This document shows positions 48,973 to 62,171 of a stretch of DNA of 64,000 nt, piece after piece. The DNA is from Saccostrea echinata. Taxonomy: Eukaryota. Each line of letters begins with the position of its first letter. The first letter of the stretch is position 1. Location: assembly GCF_033153115.1 (NCBI RefSeq), contig NW_026889813.1, positions 3,472,001 to 3,536,000 of the forward strand. The letters are read 5' to 3'. The position numbers and the translations under genes are program-made. The notes beneath the pieces were generated by a model. It was given only the letters and a program-made list of their open reading frames with translations. It was not told where the DNA came from and did no database searches.

Positions 48973-50015
48973 CGCAGCTAGGTTAAGGACTCCCATATCT
49001 ACGTCAGCCTATGCAGAGGTTTGGGAGAGCTATTATGACGTCACGTTAAAACAATACAAATGAATCTCGATGAATAAATACTATAATGTTCTTTTTAAAA
49101 CACACGAAATACTTTCGTTTCTCATAAATGTTATAAAAATAAATGGATGTGCAACTTATCTTGCCGTAATAGCACTTAGCGTATGCAGAATGAAAGCCAG
49201 CTTGATCTCGCTGTACTTACTGAGATGACGTCATTTCTTAGTTTGACACGCAGTTTCTCTGTATTTGAGGCGTGGATCAAACTTTTATCGTGGCTTGTAA
49301 AAATAAAAATAAATACGAAACATGCGTAGTCAGACAAAAAGAGAGACATATTCTGAAATATATTAATCCACATTTTATTGTCAAACTAAATTGATAATGT
49401 GTAGACAATATATATAGCCGCATGGAGCACATTTGTACAGTAACATGCTAGAATGAGGGGTCAAGCCCCTCGAAAATATCAAAAGTTCAACGATATCCGT
49501 TTCACTATAAATTCTGAATTTTTAAACACGTGTAGCCATTATTCCTACTGTTTTGAAAAGTGCTGGGAGCTGGTTGTACATTGTTTATTTATTCCGTAAT
49601 CTAACATTATTCCTATGCGTATTACATTTTTGTCTGGGGTTTATAGAAAGACGGCTAAATTTTAAACAATTCTCAAGCATGAGGAAGTTGCTCCCAGCAC
49701 TTTTCGGGTTAAGGAATTTGTCTCAAAGAAAACAAAATAAATTTTATCGCGGAAGAATGTCCGTATATCGTTGAACTTTTACGATCTTTGTAGTAGTACA
49801 TATATGGTCCAATTTTAAACCTGTCACGTGACAAACAGCTGATGTAAGCGATGTCACTTTGGCTGAACTCAGCAGAGACCCGATATATACAAATGCAATC
49901 ACCACAATTCACATTTACCAAAACTACTGCTGTTAAAAGAAATATTAAAAATTGTATTCATTTTCCCTGAATATATAAATGCGTATATTTCATGGGCGTC
50001 CTTAACCTAGCTGCG
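48973..50015. mobile_element. ~1-kb TIR element with an internal inverted repeat
   Basis: cgcagctaggttaaggactcccat...atgggcgtccttaacctagctgcg with aa on both sides; internal IR at ~49480-49780. Confidence 0.75.
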
Positions 50016-51412
50016 AAATCTTTTTGTTTCAAAAGTACAATTTCATAAAGTTCCATCCTTTTATTTGTCTCCGGTCTATTTGCACTTGATTCTCGAATGA
50101 ATTGAACTTTAATCATTGACTCGTATTTTAATTAGTTCAATGTTATAGCAAGTCTCTTGGCCTTTTGACTGTAATCTCGTTGGTAGATCATGACGTTTAA
50201 TTTCATTAGAGTTTTCATTGAGATTCCTTCCAATTCTATAATCTGAATGAATTCAACTCCGTCACTCTCTCTCACTCTCTCATTGCATGACATCACTTTT
50301 AATCCGGCTATTGTAGGCCCGTAGAACGTGGAGGAAGGTGGATTGCTCCCTCCCCATATACATGTATATAGGTCTGTAGCAAAGGAGATGGGTGAACAAG
50401 GCGAGCAAAATGCCTACATATAAGAAATTTGAAAATAAAAAAATCTCAATTATAACACAAATTTCTTTTATATTCAGTGGCGTATATTTCTGATAGGCAA
50501 AATGGCTGAAGCCTACACATTATTTTCTCAAAGTACCTGTGTAAAAATTAAATATAAATGCTGAATTATTGTTGAAAAAAAAGGGAAAGGATGATCAAAA
50601 AAGCTCAATATTTTGTTTGACGTCAATTGCAAAAAAGTGTCATTAGCAAACTGCATTTTACTTATTCAGCTGTTTACTGGATATATATATTTTTTTGTTA
50701 TGAGGAAAACTTCAAACAATGTACAGGTGTATTGCTAAGATTGGATTATTCAAAAAGGAAGCTATAGATATATTACCTTTTGGCCGATCGAGCACTGTGA
50801 GCAGGATTAAAATTTTCTTAATTTTGTGAAGTGGTAATGACGATTCTATTTTTATGATTGCTAAAAAATATGTTTATAATTCTCATTCTATATATTCACT
50901 GGTCAAATGACATGGATGTCTTCGAGTTCACAGAAATTTGTAAGGCAAATACCGAAGTTTTCATCTCATACTGACTTGTGTAAATTCATAATATTAATAG
51001 CAAACACAACTTTTTTTCATTTCCAAAACATAATTTCCCCCCTATTTTTTCATCAAGGAGGGGGACTAGTCAAGGGTCATATCACAAACAATACATATTT
51101 AAATGCCGATATTTGTCGTAAGTTGGTTAGCATTTTAGTCTCAAAGAAAAAAAAATTCTGGATTTTTTTATTGTCTGTCTTCAAGCCCCAAAAATACCAT
51201 TAAAAAAGAGAGAGAATTTTTGCAGAAAGTTTTGCTTGTCATAATTTCATACTTTTCAATAAGAAGCGCTTTACTCGAAATACAATTAATTCACAAACTG
51301 AATACGATTTTTTTTTTATATACTTTTAAAGCTATAGACATTTTGCATGCCTTGTTCGCCCAACTACTTTGTGATTTTGTTGCAATGTATTCTACAATTC
51401 AAATACAAGTTA

Positions 51413-51538
51413 AAACACTGAACACAAAACAATATTCTGCAGTGAACCTGTTCTAGTCACCAAAACATAAAGTTTAAACACTGAACACAAAACAATATTC
51501 TGCAGTGAACCTGTTCTAGTCACCAAAACATAAAGTTT
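51413..51538. repeat. 63-bp tandem duplication
   Basis: aaacactgaacacaaaacaatattctgcagtgaacctgttctagtcaccaaaacataaagt occurs twice. Confidence 0.9.
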
Positions 51539-51807
51539 TTTTCGATTATTTTAATTCAGGTATTTTATTACTGTATTTATACAATTTATACTAACACTGG
51601 GCAGAATGGATATAAATTGAATGCCCGAGTATAAGTCCTCTATCTTTTCATTTAGATAAAGTTTCTTGATTACAAATTCGAAGGATAAGTTGATATTTTT
51701 CTCAGTCTTAAAGATAGATAATAAAGAATATGCTATATATGGATGATGAAACAAAATTAATTTCACAACACAGTGTCTTCTAGTCCGTCTCCCTTGTTAA
51801 TTAGCCA

Positions 51808-52644
51808 TTAGGAACCTACATTGAACCTGTACATCTTGACTTTGTTAGTGTTATACTGTGTCAAGTAAAGAACAGATTGATTATCGATGCCTAATCCACT
51901 TGGGCCGCTAATTCCATGTCCTGGCGTTAGAACAAAACAGAGAAATTGTCCTTCCTGATCAAGGCAGTGGACAGAGTCATTTTCCATGTCACAAACAAGG
52001 ATGTGTCCGTCAGAATCGGCAAAGATTCCGTAAGGTCGGAAGTCAGAATAGGATCTATGACCTTTATAGGTGGACCGAAGGTCACCCTTTCTATCCACAA
52101 TTATGACTGCATTTTTATCATAATCTGAAACGCAGACGTCTCCATTGAAGTTTTCAGTGAGGTAATGGGGAAGCTGGAATAAGTCCTCTCCATTAAAATC
52201 TCTGTCTATATTCTGAAGGGCTTTTCTTCCTGTTTCATCAAACCTCGTTACCCTCACCTCGCCACATTTGCTCATACCCAAAAGAAGGTCTCCGTTGAGT
52301 TTGGAAGAATAAATACTGAATGGTTTCCAAGAGCCAGTGTCCATAAATTGTAGCCATTTTCCGGATGTTATGAGTTTTGCCCCTTTTATTGCATTGTCCG
52401 CCATATTAATTGTATGGTTTGGTTTATCCACGAACAATAAATCGCCATCTTTGGTTACTGAGTGGTAGCCCTCACTTACGCCAGCAGTTAGAATTCTCTG
52501 AATCAAATATCCCGACGGATCCAGTTGTACTAGGTGCCCATATCCATCACTTACTGCGATGTTCCCATAATTATCTACAGAAATGTGGTATCCATCTTTA
52601 ATTCCAGGGACTGTGATCTCTCGCACTTCTCTAATAATAGACAT
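51808..52644 (-). CDS. NHL-repeat six-bladed beta-propeller protein (bivalve TRIM-NHL-like family), 278 aa
   Basis: Repeats PHYLTENFNGDVCVSDYDKNAVIIVD, RPYGIFADSDGHILVCDMENDSVHCLDQEGQFL and PSGLGID. A possible acceptor at ~52664 means an upstream exon cannot be excluded. Confidence 0.85.
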   Translation of the reverse strand: MSIIREVREITVPGIKDGYHISVDNYGNIAVSDGYGHLVQLDPSGYLIQRILTAGVSEGYHSVTKDGDLLFVDKPNHTINMADNAIKGAKLITSGKWLQFMDTGSWKPFSIYSSKLNGDLLLGMSKCGEVRVTRFDETGRKALQNIDRDFNGEDLFQLPHYLTENFNGDVCVSDYDKNAVIIVDRKGDLRSTYKGHRSYSDFRPYGIFADSDGHILVCDMENDSVHCLDQEGQFLCFVLTPGHGISGPSGLGIDNQSVLYLTQYNTNKVKMYRFNVGS

Positions 52645-53552
52645 ATGTTGATTTTCTTTACTCCTGTTGAATACGAGTTGAGTGATTCATTCGAATATAA
52701 TCTTGGATAGCTTAAATACGTACATGTATATATGAGTCTGAAAATAGTATTTAGGAATCTAAGTTGTACATGAGTTGGAGAGGTTCACATATCGAACACT
52801 CGAAAAATGAATTGTAATATACAATATGTAGTATACACAACCGAATAAATTTTGAAATGTCTCATTTATGTCTCTAAATTTTGAATGCAAATGAAAAAAA
52901 CAAAACAATGTAAAACCTGTGCATTTATACAATATACTTACAGTTATTAAACCCTCAATGGCAAGAAGTCATGGATTATTCTAGTTTTACGCTAGACGTA
53001 TAATGAACTGAATGAAGAAATGTCTTCCTTGTATTATAAATAAATATCTTCACGTCGTTATATTTTATGACCCAATATGATTACCCCGGTAACAAAATTT
53101 AAATTCCTTGTTCGAGTCGAAACCAGGTATTTTTTAACATTTGAAAAGCTTAAACAACCTTGAGTTGTTTAAAAGTGCTGCTGAAAAATGTAGACCAATA
53201 TTTAAAAATAATCATACTTCATAAAAAATTCCTCTTTTCTGTACAGAAGCACAATTATTATAAATATGACCAAGTCTTTGGAATTAAAGGACATTTGGCA
53301 TAGCTTATTCATATAACACAAGTTATATAAGTTTGACAAGTTAATCAAATGGTACGGGGTATTTGTGATAAATAATTAAAATATCTACGTAATTTTCATA
53401 ACCATGTTATTCAAATGCAGTTTGTGTACAGTTACATGACTTTTAATTATTTAGAGGAACATCCACAAAACAAATTTCTATTACATCTCCATTTTGTTTC
53501 AATAGAAGGCCAACTTTTCTTCGATAGAATGAATCATGGTATCGAATGAATT

Positions 53553-54903
53553 ATGGATGACATAGAAGGTATCCTACCAAATAACCCTGCAATTCCCATA
53601 AATCCATGCAGGGAAGCAACTTTCGTGACATCTGCTTCCTCCGAATACGAGCGAGAGAGTCTGCGGGAAGTGCCAACTCATCACCGTGCCACAGAAAAAA
53701 GACACTACGTCACTCCCCCACCAGGTTCCCCACTGGGTGTTGATCAGGAACCCAGGTCAATCTCACAGCTCATTAATCGACGGGAGGAATCAATCACATC
53801 CGATGAGGATACAGAACTAGGGGGATTCCGAACGCCAACTTCCGCCTCCTTAAATAATAGCAGGAACGGTGTTCCCACTCCATCAGAATCAGGAAAGTCG
53901 GGGGTCTCTCTGGGGAACGTGTTCGAAAAAGGACTGTCCCAGAACAAAATCGTTCCAAACGATTCGAAATTTCCTTACAGACTTCAGTTGCCAAATGTGA
54001 GTATAGTTTAGTAGACATAAAAAAACAAAACTAAACATAATCATATTAGCGAGCGTAGCGAGCGGTGCGAAACGCCGCTCGCGAAGCGAACTCAATAGAC
54101 TAACGTGTAAGAACAGAGAAAATTCGGAATGAAATCTGTACATACGTCATGCAAATTTTCTGGTGCAACATTCCCAGAATTCCTTCGCTACCAGGGTTTC
54201 ATGCGAAATTCTTACAAAACATACATAAGACCGATCTCTACCATCGGCTCATACATTTACCTCTGTCGTTGGCTCGCGTATATCACAGTGATAAGCACGA
54301 AAAATAGTGCGTTTGTTTTAATTCATTATAATTAAATGTCTGAGCTAATGATAGTCCTTAAAGATAGATATTTACGAAATAGATATAAAACTATTGGTTT
54401 AATTTGAAATAATCTTGAAATGTTATGTTTTTTGCGTTTCGTAAAAAATCTTGACGCGAGCCCATTGCAGAGGTGTGTGAGAGAGGAACGAACGACAACT
54501 CTACGAACGTCTAAATAGTGTCCTTTCTGACAAATTTTATTTCCTAAATAAAATCTGCAACATGCGATAATAGGACAATAAGTACATGTGTATAATATTA
54601 AGCTTTTTTTCTCTTTTGAAGTTTGCTTTCTATAGAATTATTTTCGCGTAGATGCAGAATACACATCATTATAATAAGGGGAGAATCATGATCTTCGTCA
54701 TTCAATGTCGCGACAATAGGTATAAAACAATTAACTTCACCCTGAACCTTAATGATTTCGTTTTTCAGGTGAAAATAAAAGAAGAGGAAGAGAGTGTTAG
54801 ACGACAGAAGTGTTACTGTTATATAGTGACTGTAGTGTTGGCCGTGTTTATAGTGGGTGGTGCGATTCTGGCCATGGTGCTGGCTGTTAATCTAGCCACT
54901 TAG
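53553..54903 (+). CDS. Uncharacterised 192-aa tail-anchored membrane protein, 2 exons
   Basis: Exons 53553-53996 and 54769-54903 (phase 0, GT-AG). S/P/E-rich N-terminus, then RRQKCYCY and hydrophobic IVTVVLAVFIVGGAILAMVLAV at the C-terminus; AATAAA at 54956. Confidence 0.75.
54007..54520. mobile_element. Helentron/Helitron-like intronic element
   Basis: tagac..gtcta subterminal IR and a GC-rich hairpin gcgagcgg..ccgctcgc. Confidence 0.4.
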
Positions 54904-55373
54904 TACAAACTCAGCGAAAAAACTAACATTTATAACAAGTGGACTTGTTGCACAGAATAAATATTTGACGACATGATCAAGCAAAATGCCACACATAATA
55001 TAAAAGAATCTTTACCTTATATGGTCATCAAAATTTCATATCAAATTGTTGTAAACTGATATCAATTTAGGGTGATTTAACAGGAATTATCATGAAGGCA
55101 CGATGCACTAAAATCTTCGACGTCACGGACATTATAAAAAATAAGAATTTTCATTTTCTCATCATTTTCCCTTAGTGTTTAATATTGTACATTTTGGGTT
55201 ACCTTATTCACTCAGCATAAGCATCCATTTATCATTTCTAGTGCAACTTTAAAACTAGTATAGTATGTTCTAGTTTGTTTAAACCCCAAAACTGCAGAGA
55301 TTTCTGAATTATTGTGTGACGCCTGTCGCCCTAAATCACGTTCTTAACAGTCCTAATAAAGTTTTAGTCGATG

Positions 55374-57525
55374 ATCTTCCGTCCCCTTCCGGACATTGGC
55401 GCTTAATTGGTGTCAGGAAGGTGTATTTGGTGTATTATGAATGTGTTTTTTTTAGGTGTTTCAGAATACACTCATTAAAATAAAAATAAAAAAATGCTGA
55501 AATTATTGTAAGTTTTGAAAATATTATATTACTAGTACTGTATATAAAAAGAGTTATGGTACACGACAGTTGCCATCTTGGATTTCAGGGGGTTCCTCGG
55601 TTCACGCTTGATTTTATTCTATATCTACACTTTTCCTACCGGTGTCGGGTGAGATCTAGTTTCAAAAAGGATTGAATACAGTCCAACAATCGTCTGCCAA
55701 TTTGAACTTGCCGTATAAAACATGTAGTAAACCAAAAGTCCTCGATACCACTGAAACTGAAAGCAACGGAAGTGACGATTTCTGTTTAAAATGTAGAGGT
55801 ATCCTGGAATTACATGCAAAGTTAACGTAGGTCAGAAACCGCGCCAAACTTGTTCTCTGTAGATTTTCCGTGTAATTCTGTGATATGCCTCACAGGGGCT
55901 TGCTCCTTGTGTGTTAAAAATTTTTTTTATAGAAGAATAATGTGTCAACAACTTACTTTTATATATTATTTTTTAATAAATATTTTTTACACACCGGGAG
56001 CAATCCCCTTGGTATAGGAATCAATGTGTTCAAAAGACATCATTTCCTATCAAGTGTCCAACACCCACTACTAAAAATAAGGCCTGAATGTGTCACAAAT
56101 CGCCCCGGAAGTTTTTGGGGACACCATATGTGAGATTTGACCTGTTGGGTATAGTTATATCAATTCAGTGGCGGATCAGATTAATGATCTATGTTCCTTA
56201 CAGCGACATCTGACCTCAAAGTACATTAAATACTTAAGGTTACAGGTACATGAATGTACATGTAAGAACCATTATGACACAAAATCAACTAATTAATTTA
56301 CATTGTATTGGTGGATGCATTCATTTATATTTTTGTATTTTTTAAATTATTGTTGGATGAGAAATTTTGTATCATTAATTGATATCCACGAAAACATTAT
56401 TTGTATCATCAGTGGATGCTGTTTCTTTAATGATAAGATGGTAATCTTCCGTCCCCTTCCGGACATAGGCGCTTAATTGGTGTCAGGAGGGTGTATTTGG
56501 TGTATTAAGACTGTGTTTTTTTCTAGGTGTTTTCTTTCTGAATACACTCATTAAAGTAAAAATAAAAAAATGCTGAAATTATTGTAAGTTTTGAAAATAT
56601 TATATTACTGTATATATAAACAGAGTGATGGTATGACAGTTGCCATCTTGGATTTCAGTGGGTTCCTCGGTTCACGCTTGATTTTAATCTATATCTACAC
56701 TTTTCCTACCGGTGTCGGGTGAGATCTAGTTTCAAAAAGGATTGAATACAGTCCAACAATCGTCTGCCAATTTGAACTTGCCGTATAAAACATGCAGTAA
56801 ACCAAAAGTCCCCGATACCACTGAAACTGAAAGCAACGGAAGCGACGATTTCTAACTGTGTAAAATGTAGAGGAATCCTGGAAATACATGGAAAGTCAAC
56901 ATAGGTCAGAAACCGCACAAAACATGTTCTCTGTAGATTTTCCGTGTAATACTGTGATATGCCTCACAGGGGCTTGATCCCTGTGAGTTAAAATATTTTT
57001 ATAGAAAAATAATGTGTCAATCACTTACTTTAATATATAATATTTTATAGGAATAAATGTTTTCAAGAGACATCATTTCCTATCAAGTGTCCAACACCCA
57101 CTGGTACTAAAAATATATCATATATAATCGCCCCAGAAGTTTTTAGGGACACCATATGTGAGAGATTTGACCTGTTGGGTATAGTTATATCAATCCAGTG
57201 GCGGATCAGATTACTGATCTATGTTCCTTACAGCGACATCTGACCTCAAAGTACATTAAATACTTTAGGTTACAGGCGGAAAGCGGTGCATGAATGTACC
57301 AAAGACTCTCTGTCGGAAGTTTGATGAATGAACATGTAGGAACCATTTTGACACAGAATCAACTTATTAATTTACATAGCATTGGTGGATGAATTCATTT
57401 TACATTTTTGTATTTTTCTATCATTTTTGGATGAGAAATTTTTGTATCATAAGTTAATATCCACGAAAACATTATGAATAATTTGTATCATCAGTGGATG
57501 CTGTTAATTCTTTAATGGATAAGAC
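55374..57525. repeat. Diverged tandem duplication of a ~1.07-kb unit
   Basis: atcttccgtccccttccggaca starts at 55374 and 56444; the units are collinear with indels. Confidence 0.9.
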
Positions 57526-58534
57526 GAAAGTTTATTAATGACGCAGATTTTGTATGTCATTAATTGCTTAGTCATCCTCTAATGAGGGAGAGAGGGAGCA
57601 AATGGTCCATTCAGAGCATCATATTGAAGGTTTTTTGTGAAAAAAAAGATTAAAATTTTCGGTCCCAAATTGATCCACATGATTTGATTGAATTTTCAAA
57701 AACCTTATTTCACGTCAACAGAACACTACCAACCATATTCCAAAATATGATTTAAACTTCTGGTCAATTTTATTTTTGAGTTTTGGACACAGAATTTCGA
57801 ATAGAAAAACGTCGTTTTCGACCCCTGATTGGCTTCATGTCTTGGATGAAAATTAACATTCCGTAACCTTATGCCTATCTATACAAGACCTATACTACTA
57901 GTCATATTCCAAAAGATGTTTTGGCTACTGTGTAAAATGAAAGAAGAGCTGGATCCTGTTCCGTTTTACGTAATAACTTATGACCAAGACAAATTATAAT
58001 TTCGCAAATAACTTCTGAAAATAGTATTTATTATTTTTTTTATTATGAATTTTCTAAAGATGTTTTTATACAAGCATTTTTAATAGCATATTAATTTTGT
58101 AAGATTTTACAATCGTATTCCAAAAGATGAAAATGTAAGAGGAGTTTTAGAAGTAAGATGTTGTGACAGACGGATGGACCAGGATAACGACAAAAATTTA
58201 CCCAAATTTCCTTAGAAAAAGAGAAATAAAGACTTATTAAAATATTACCATCCAACCCTACCTTTAATCATACCTACGTCAAGAAAGATAATAATTGTTC
58301 ACCATTCTCTCGAAAAATGTTGAAAGATTTTAACATAGGAATTAAAAAGATTGAAACTAATAAGAAATTTGATCTCTTAAGAACCCTTAAGCTACTTACA
58401 CGCGTAGTTTTCGGAGATGCTCCGATAATGACCATTCTTTCTAGCGGAATTCACGCGTGAAAGAGATAGAAACGGGTGTCATAAACAAAATAATTCAGTC
58501 CTAAGGACTGGGCGATAGAAACAGACCGGACAAG

Positions 58535-58650
58535 ATGAGAACAGCACTACTTATTCTAATTTTTGTGGTGGGCGCTTTTTCAACGAGTAAGTATTCTCCT
58601 CCAAGTAGATATACACTTATGTTTATAAAACATAATGTAAATATTTGAGG

Positions 58651-58681
<31 letters not shown>

Positions 58682-61600
58682 GAGGATTAAGGTAATAGCT
58701 TTTTTGCAAAATTTAAGGATAGATGATACAAACCAAAAATAGATGCTGGATTAGTATATAACTTTGGACCTTTTTTGGTTGTAAATGATGCAAAAAATAA
58801 ATTTATAAAACATTTACAATTGTTAACTTTCTATGATATTAAAAATACTATCTTTCTGCAATCATCTTTATTAATCTATACAAATTTTTGTCACTTGAAA
58901 TCCTATTATTGTGAAACTTTGAATTATGAAAAATTAAAAACTATGCACCTAAACCTATTCATTTTAGTTATATAAACTGTCCTTAAGAAAACTTTCCTGA
59001 TTTGTAAATAGCATTTACATGATTTATGTCTTTCTCGTTCTCGCTAGATGGAATTGTCCTATTAGTACACCATACTAAACTACACAATACTTTTCAGTAC
59101 GATAGTTCGACATCCCTATACTAGTAAGTCGTCCCCAGAATAAAGTCATCTTTACATGTACACAAAGAAAACTTCAAATTTTTGGTCAAAGTTTTTTAAT
59201 AGTTTGTATGATTTAGGTAAGTTCTTTCTTTGGTAATTTTATACTTTGCAACAGACTGAGTATATAATATTTATCACAAATAGAGACGGAAGAGAATGAG
59301 GAATTAGATATAGCCTATTTACAGAAATTGTTTGTCCCAAATTGAACAACAGCTCCTCTCTCTCTCTCTCATATTTAGATATATTACTAGAAAAAGACAT
59401 TGATCGCAACCTAACAACTACACTTTATGATAAACGTGATGACTTCAACAACTTGTTTATCGTCAACTTCCCTAAATTATTCAGCAAAATACCATTATCA
59501 CCTGCATATGGAGTTTATGTCTCCCAGTTGATTTGATATGCAAAAGCGTGCTCTACGTACGAACAAATAACAAGGCAAGCTATCGACAAACAAGTTGATG
59601 AAACAGTAATATCAACAGTCTCTTTTAAAGGCATTTTTCGCAAATTCTATTGTCGATACGGTGGCCTTGTGAGCAAATATAATCTATCATTAATTAAATT
59701 GAATGTTGAATAACGTCGACATGTTTCATAAAAATTTTTAGGCCATTATTTTCACACTGAATTGTCTGCGTTTTCCCCGTTTTTTCCGATCATGACAAGG
59801 GGCACACTGCAGTTGTGACCGGTCGGCAGGGGATGCTCACTCCTCTATGGCACCTGATCATACCTCAAATGTTTTTAGAGGTCTGTGTTTGCTCTGCTCC
59901 AAAGTTGTATCGTTTCAATCGACCTTTGAGCTTGATTACTATTCGTTATCTTCATATTTCAACAAATAGAGTCCTTATTTTTTTTAATTATCAAAAGATA
60001 CGAGGCTTGCTGAGTGTGTCTGTTGACAATAAATTATTAAAAAGTTAACTTACGTCAGTAAAGAGTACGCATTATGGAACCTCCAAAAAGTACGTAGATA
60101 TTGTCGGTCAGAAACTCAAGCATCTTTTTAATATCAACTTCGAAGTACTTGTTCGTACAATCAGAATGTTTTTAATAACAAAATAATTTTGCAAATGAAA
60201 AGTAATGTAAGTAGATTGACGAGATTCATTTTTATTGAAAAAGCAGTTGTCTTTGATGTCAAAAAGCTTGATTTTAATTTATGTGGGGAATGGTTGTATA
60301 AAGTGTTGTATGTTTTGATGTTACTGTTTTGGAAAATTTTGTGATTTCAAATTTTCTAAAAGTTTCTTGGAGTTTTTAAGTATCTACATCTGATTTACAC
60401 CACTTCTCGAATATATTGTTGCACAGTACCCCTGAAGTTTCTTCTTCACTGTTGTTAATATTTTAGTGATCTGTAAAGAAAGAGGCTTGGTAGAACATTT
60501 ACTAGAACCCGCTATGTATCTTTGTTTGTAAGGATTTTTATGTAGTTTGGGAATCCAGTACAGGTAAAGTAATTCAAATTCATTTGATTGTCCGGAATAT
60601 TAAAAATATTTAAAACTGACATATGATTTTGAAGAATTTCCTCCTTAGAAAGGGAACTATGAATATAAGTTGGATTACCACTTGCATAATTAAATCCAAG
60701 TTCCTCTTAAGTACAATTAAAACAATGAGTTTTACAAACAAAAACAATGTTGTTATCTGCTTTATCAGGTGAGACCAATACATATTGATCGTGTATAATC
60801 TAATTTTTTTTTCACTCCTGAATTATTGAAGACAGAAGGATAGATGGTTTTCACTTTGCCCCTCAGTCCCTTAATATGAAATTTCAACCCTTTTTGATTA
60901 AGAATATTTTAATATATACTGCGTCTATTCCTTTGATGGCAAATTGAAGTTTAAGGAACAAATAGGTTAAGAATACTATAACTGTATTGTCGTATTTTCA
61001 TTTTTCAAGACCGTGTATAAGTATTACATTTCCTTAACATGACAGAATTCAACCAATCGAAACCAGGGTTATGGGGTAATGAAAATTTTTGTAGACGTAT
61101 TTCTCGCAAATGTCCTTTTTGCGCTATTGTCGCTTTCTTAATTACATACTCCTACACGTTAAATCGAACTGAATCAGGTAGCAGTTCCTCACTCGATTAA
61201 ATGAGGATAGTATTTCAGGAATAAATGTTTTTTAGGTGTTTATGAGGCGATAACTAGTAGCCGGTAACGCCAAATCACTTATACTGATATGCCACCTTGA
61301 ACCCATTTCTTCTCTCAGTAAAGTATTATGTTGTCTTTACCCTGGAAAGAATTGCATAAACTTCTTATTCCAGCATACTAGTTTTCAGGGCTTCAGAAAT
61401 TATAGCTGTGAAGAGACTTCGTATATTCTTAAGTCTTTCACAAAATATATATTTGTGCACTCTCCAGTTTTTTTGGCATTTTTGATGCCGCTTTTAATTG
61501 TATCAATGAGTTAAGCCAAAACGGTTGTTATATGCAAAAATATTAACTGGTTGCACTGAAATTCCACAAACTTAAAGATGACATTTTCTCTTGTTGCTAA

Positions 61601-62171
61601 TCATATGACGGTCATGTGATTCGCAGAGCTCGGGAAGCTGTATTGGCTGGTTTACGTTATTTGGTAATTAACGCAATGAAAGAGCATTAAATGTACTACT
61701 CAGTATACAATAACTTATTGCCAGTCTTGACTGTTGCATAACTGAGAGTATAAAAATGTTCTTTATTTAAAAAAAAAGTTTGTTGAAACACAAATCATAT
61801 CACATTAATATTTCATAATGGTATTAAACCATTTCCATGATTCTGTTGCTCACTGACACAGCAAACTAAACTGATTCTATATTCATCAATGAATTTTGAA
61901 AGTAAAGCTGACCATTTCACCTTTTTTTTTTGCAGCACTTACTCGCCGAGAGTATGAAAAGCTTGATAGCTTATTGAAAACACTGTTACAGCGCCAAATG
62001 GCAGTGAAGAAAGACTACCATGACCACAAGAATTGCCAGGACTCCGACTTCGGGATTCTGGGATACACTTGCGCAGATTTCATCAGAACTGTGTTTCTTG
62101 GGGATTTTAAGGAAATGTGCGACTCTGAGTACTACCAAGTCCACTGCTGTGCCACATGTTCTGGACTCTAA
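58535..62171 (+). CDS. Small secreted six-cysteine prepro-peptide (ShK/PLAC-like), 95 aa, 2 exons
   Basis: Exon 58535-58586 (signal peptide MRTALLILIFVVGAFST, phase 1, gtaagt) joins 61936-62171 in frame; KK precedes C-x11-C-x15-C-x8-CC-x2-C; AATAAA at 62285. Confidence 0.75.
59340..59960 (+). mobile_element. Penelope-like retroelement 3' fragment (decayed RT thumb plus 3' end)
   Basis: SYLDILL...LTTTLYDKRDDFN...IVNFP...IPLSPAYGVYVSQLI; the same 3' end recurs inverted at ~24335-24500 and ~48205-48300. Confidence 0.75.
60200..60900 (-). mobile_element. Penelope-like RT N-terminal fragment (decayed)
   Basis: Minus strand reads YLYWIPKLHKNPYKQRYIAGSSKCSTKPLS...IYSRSGVNQM*ILKNSKKL. Confidence 0.75.

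Noticed and set aside
55625-56918. Paired 61-70 aa ORFs as a duplicated gene family
   Set aside because: They arise from the tandem duplication, differ by frameshifting indels, and lack protein-like features.
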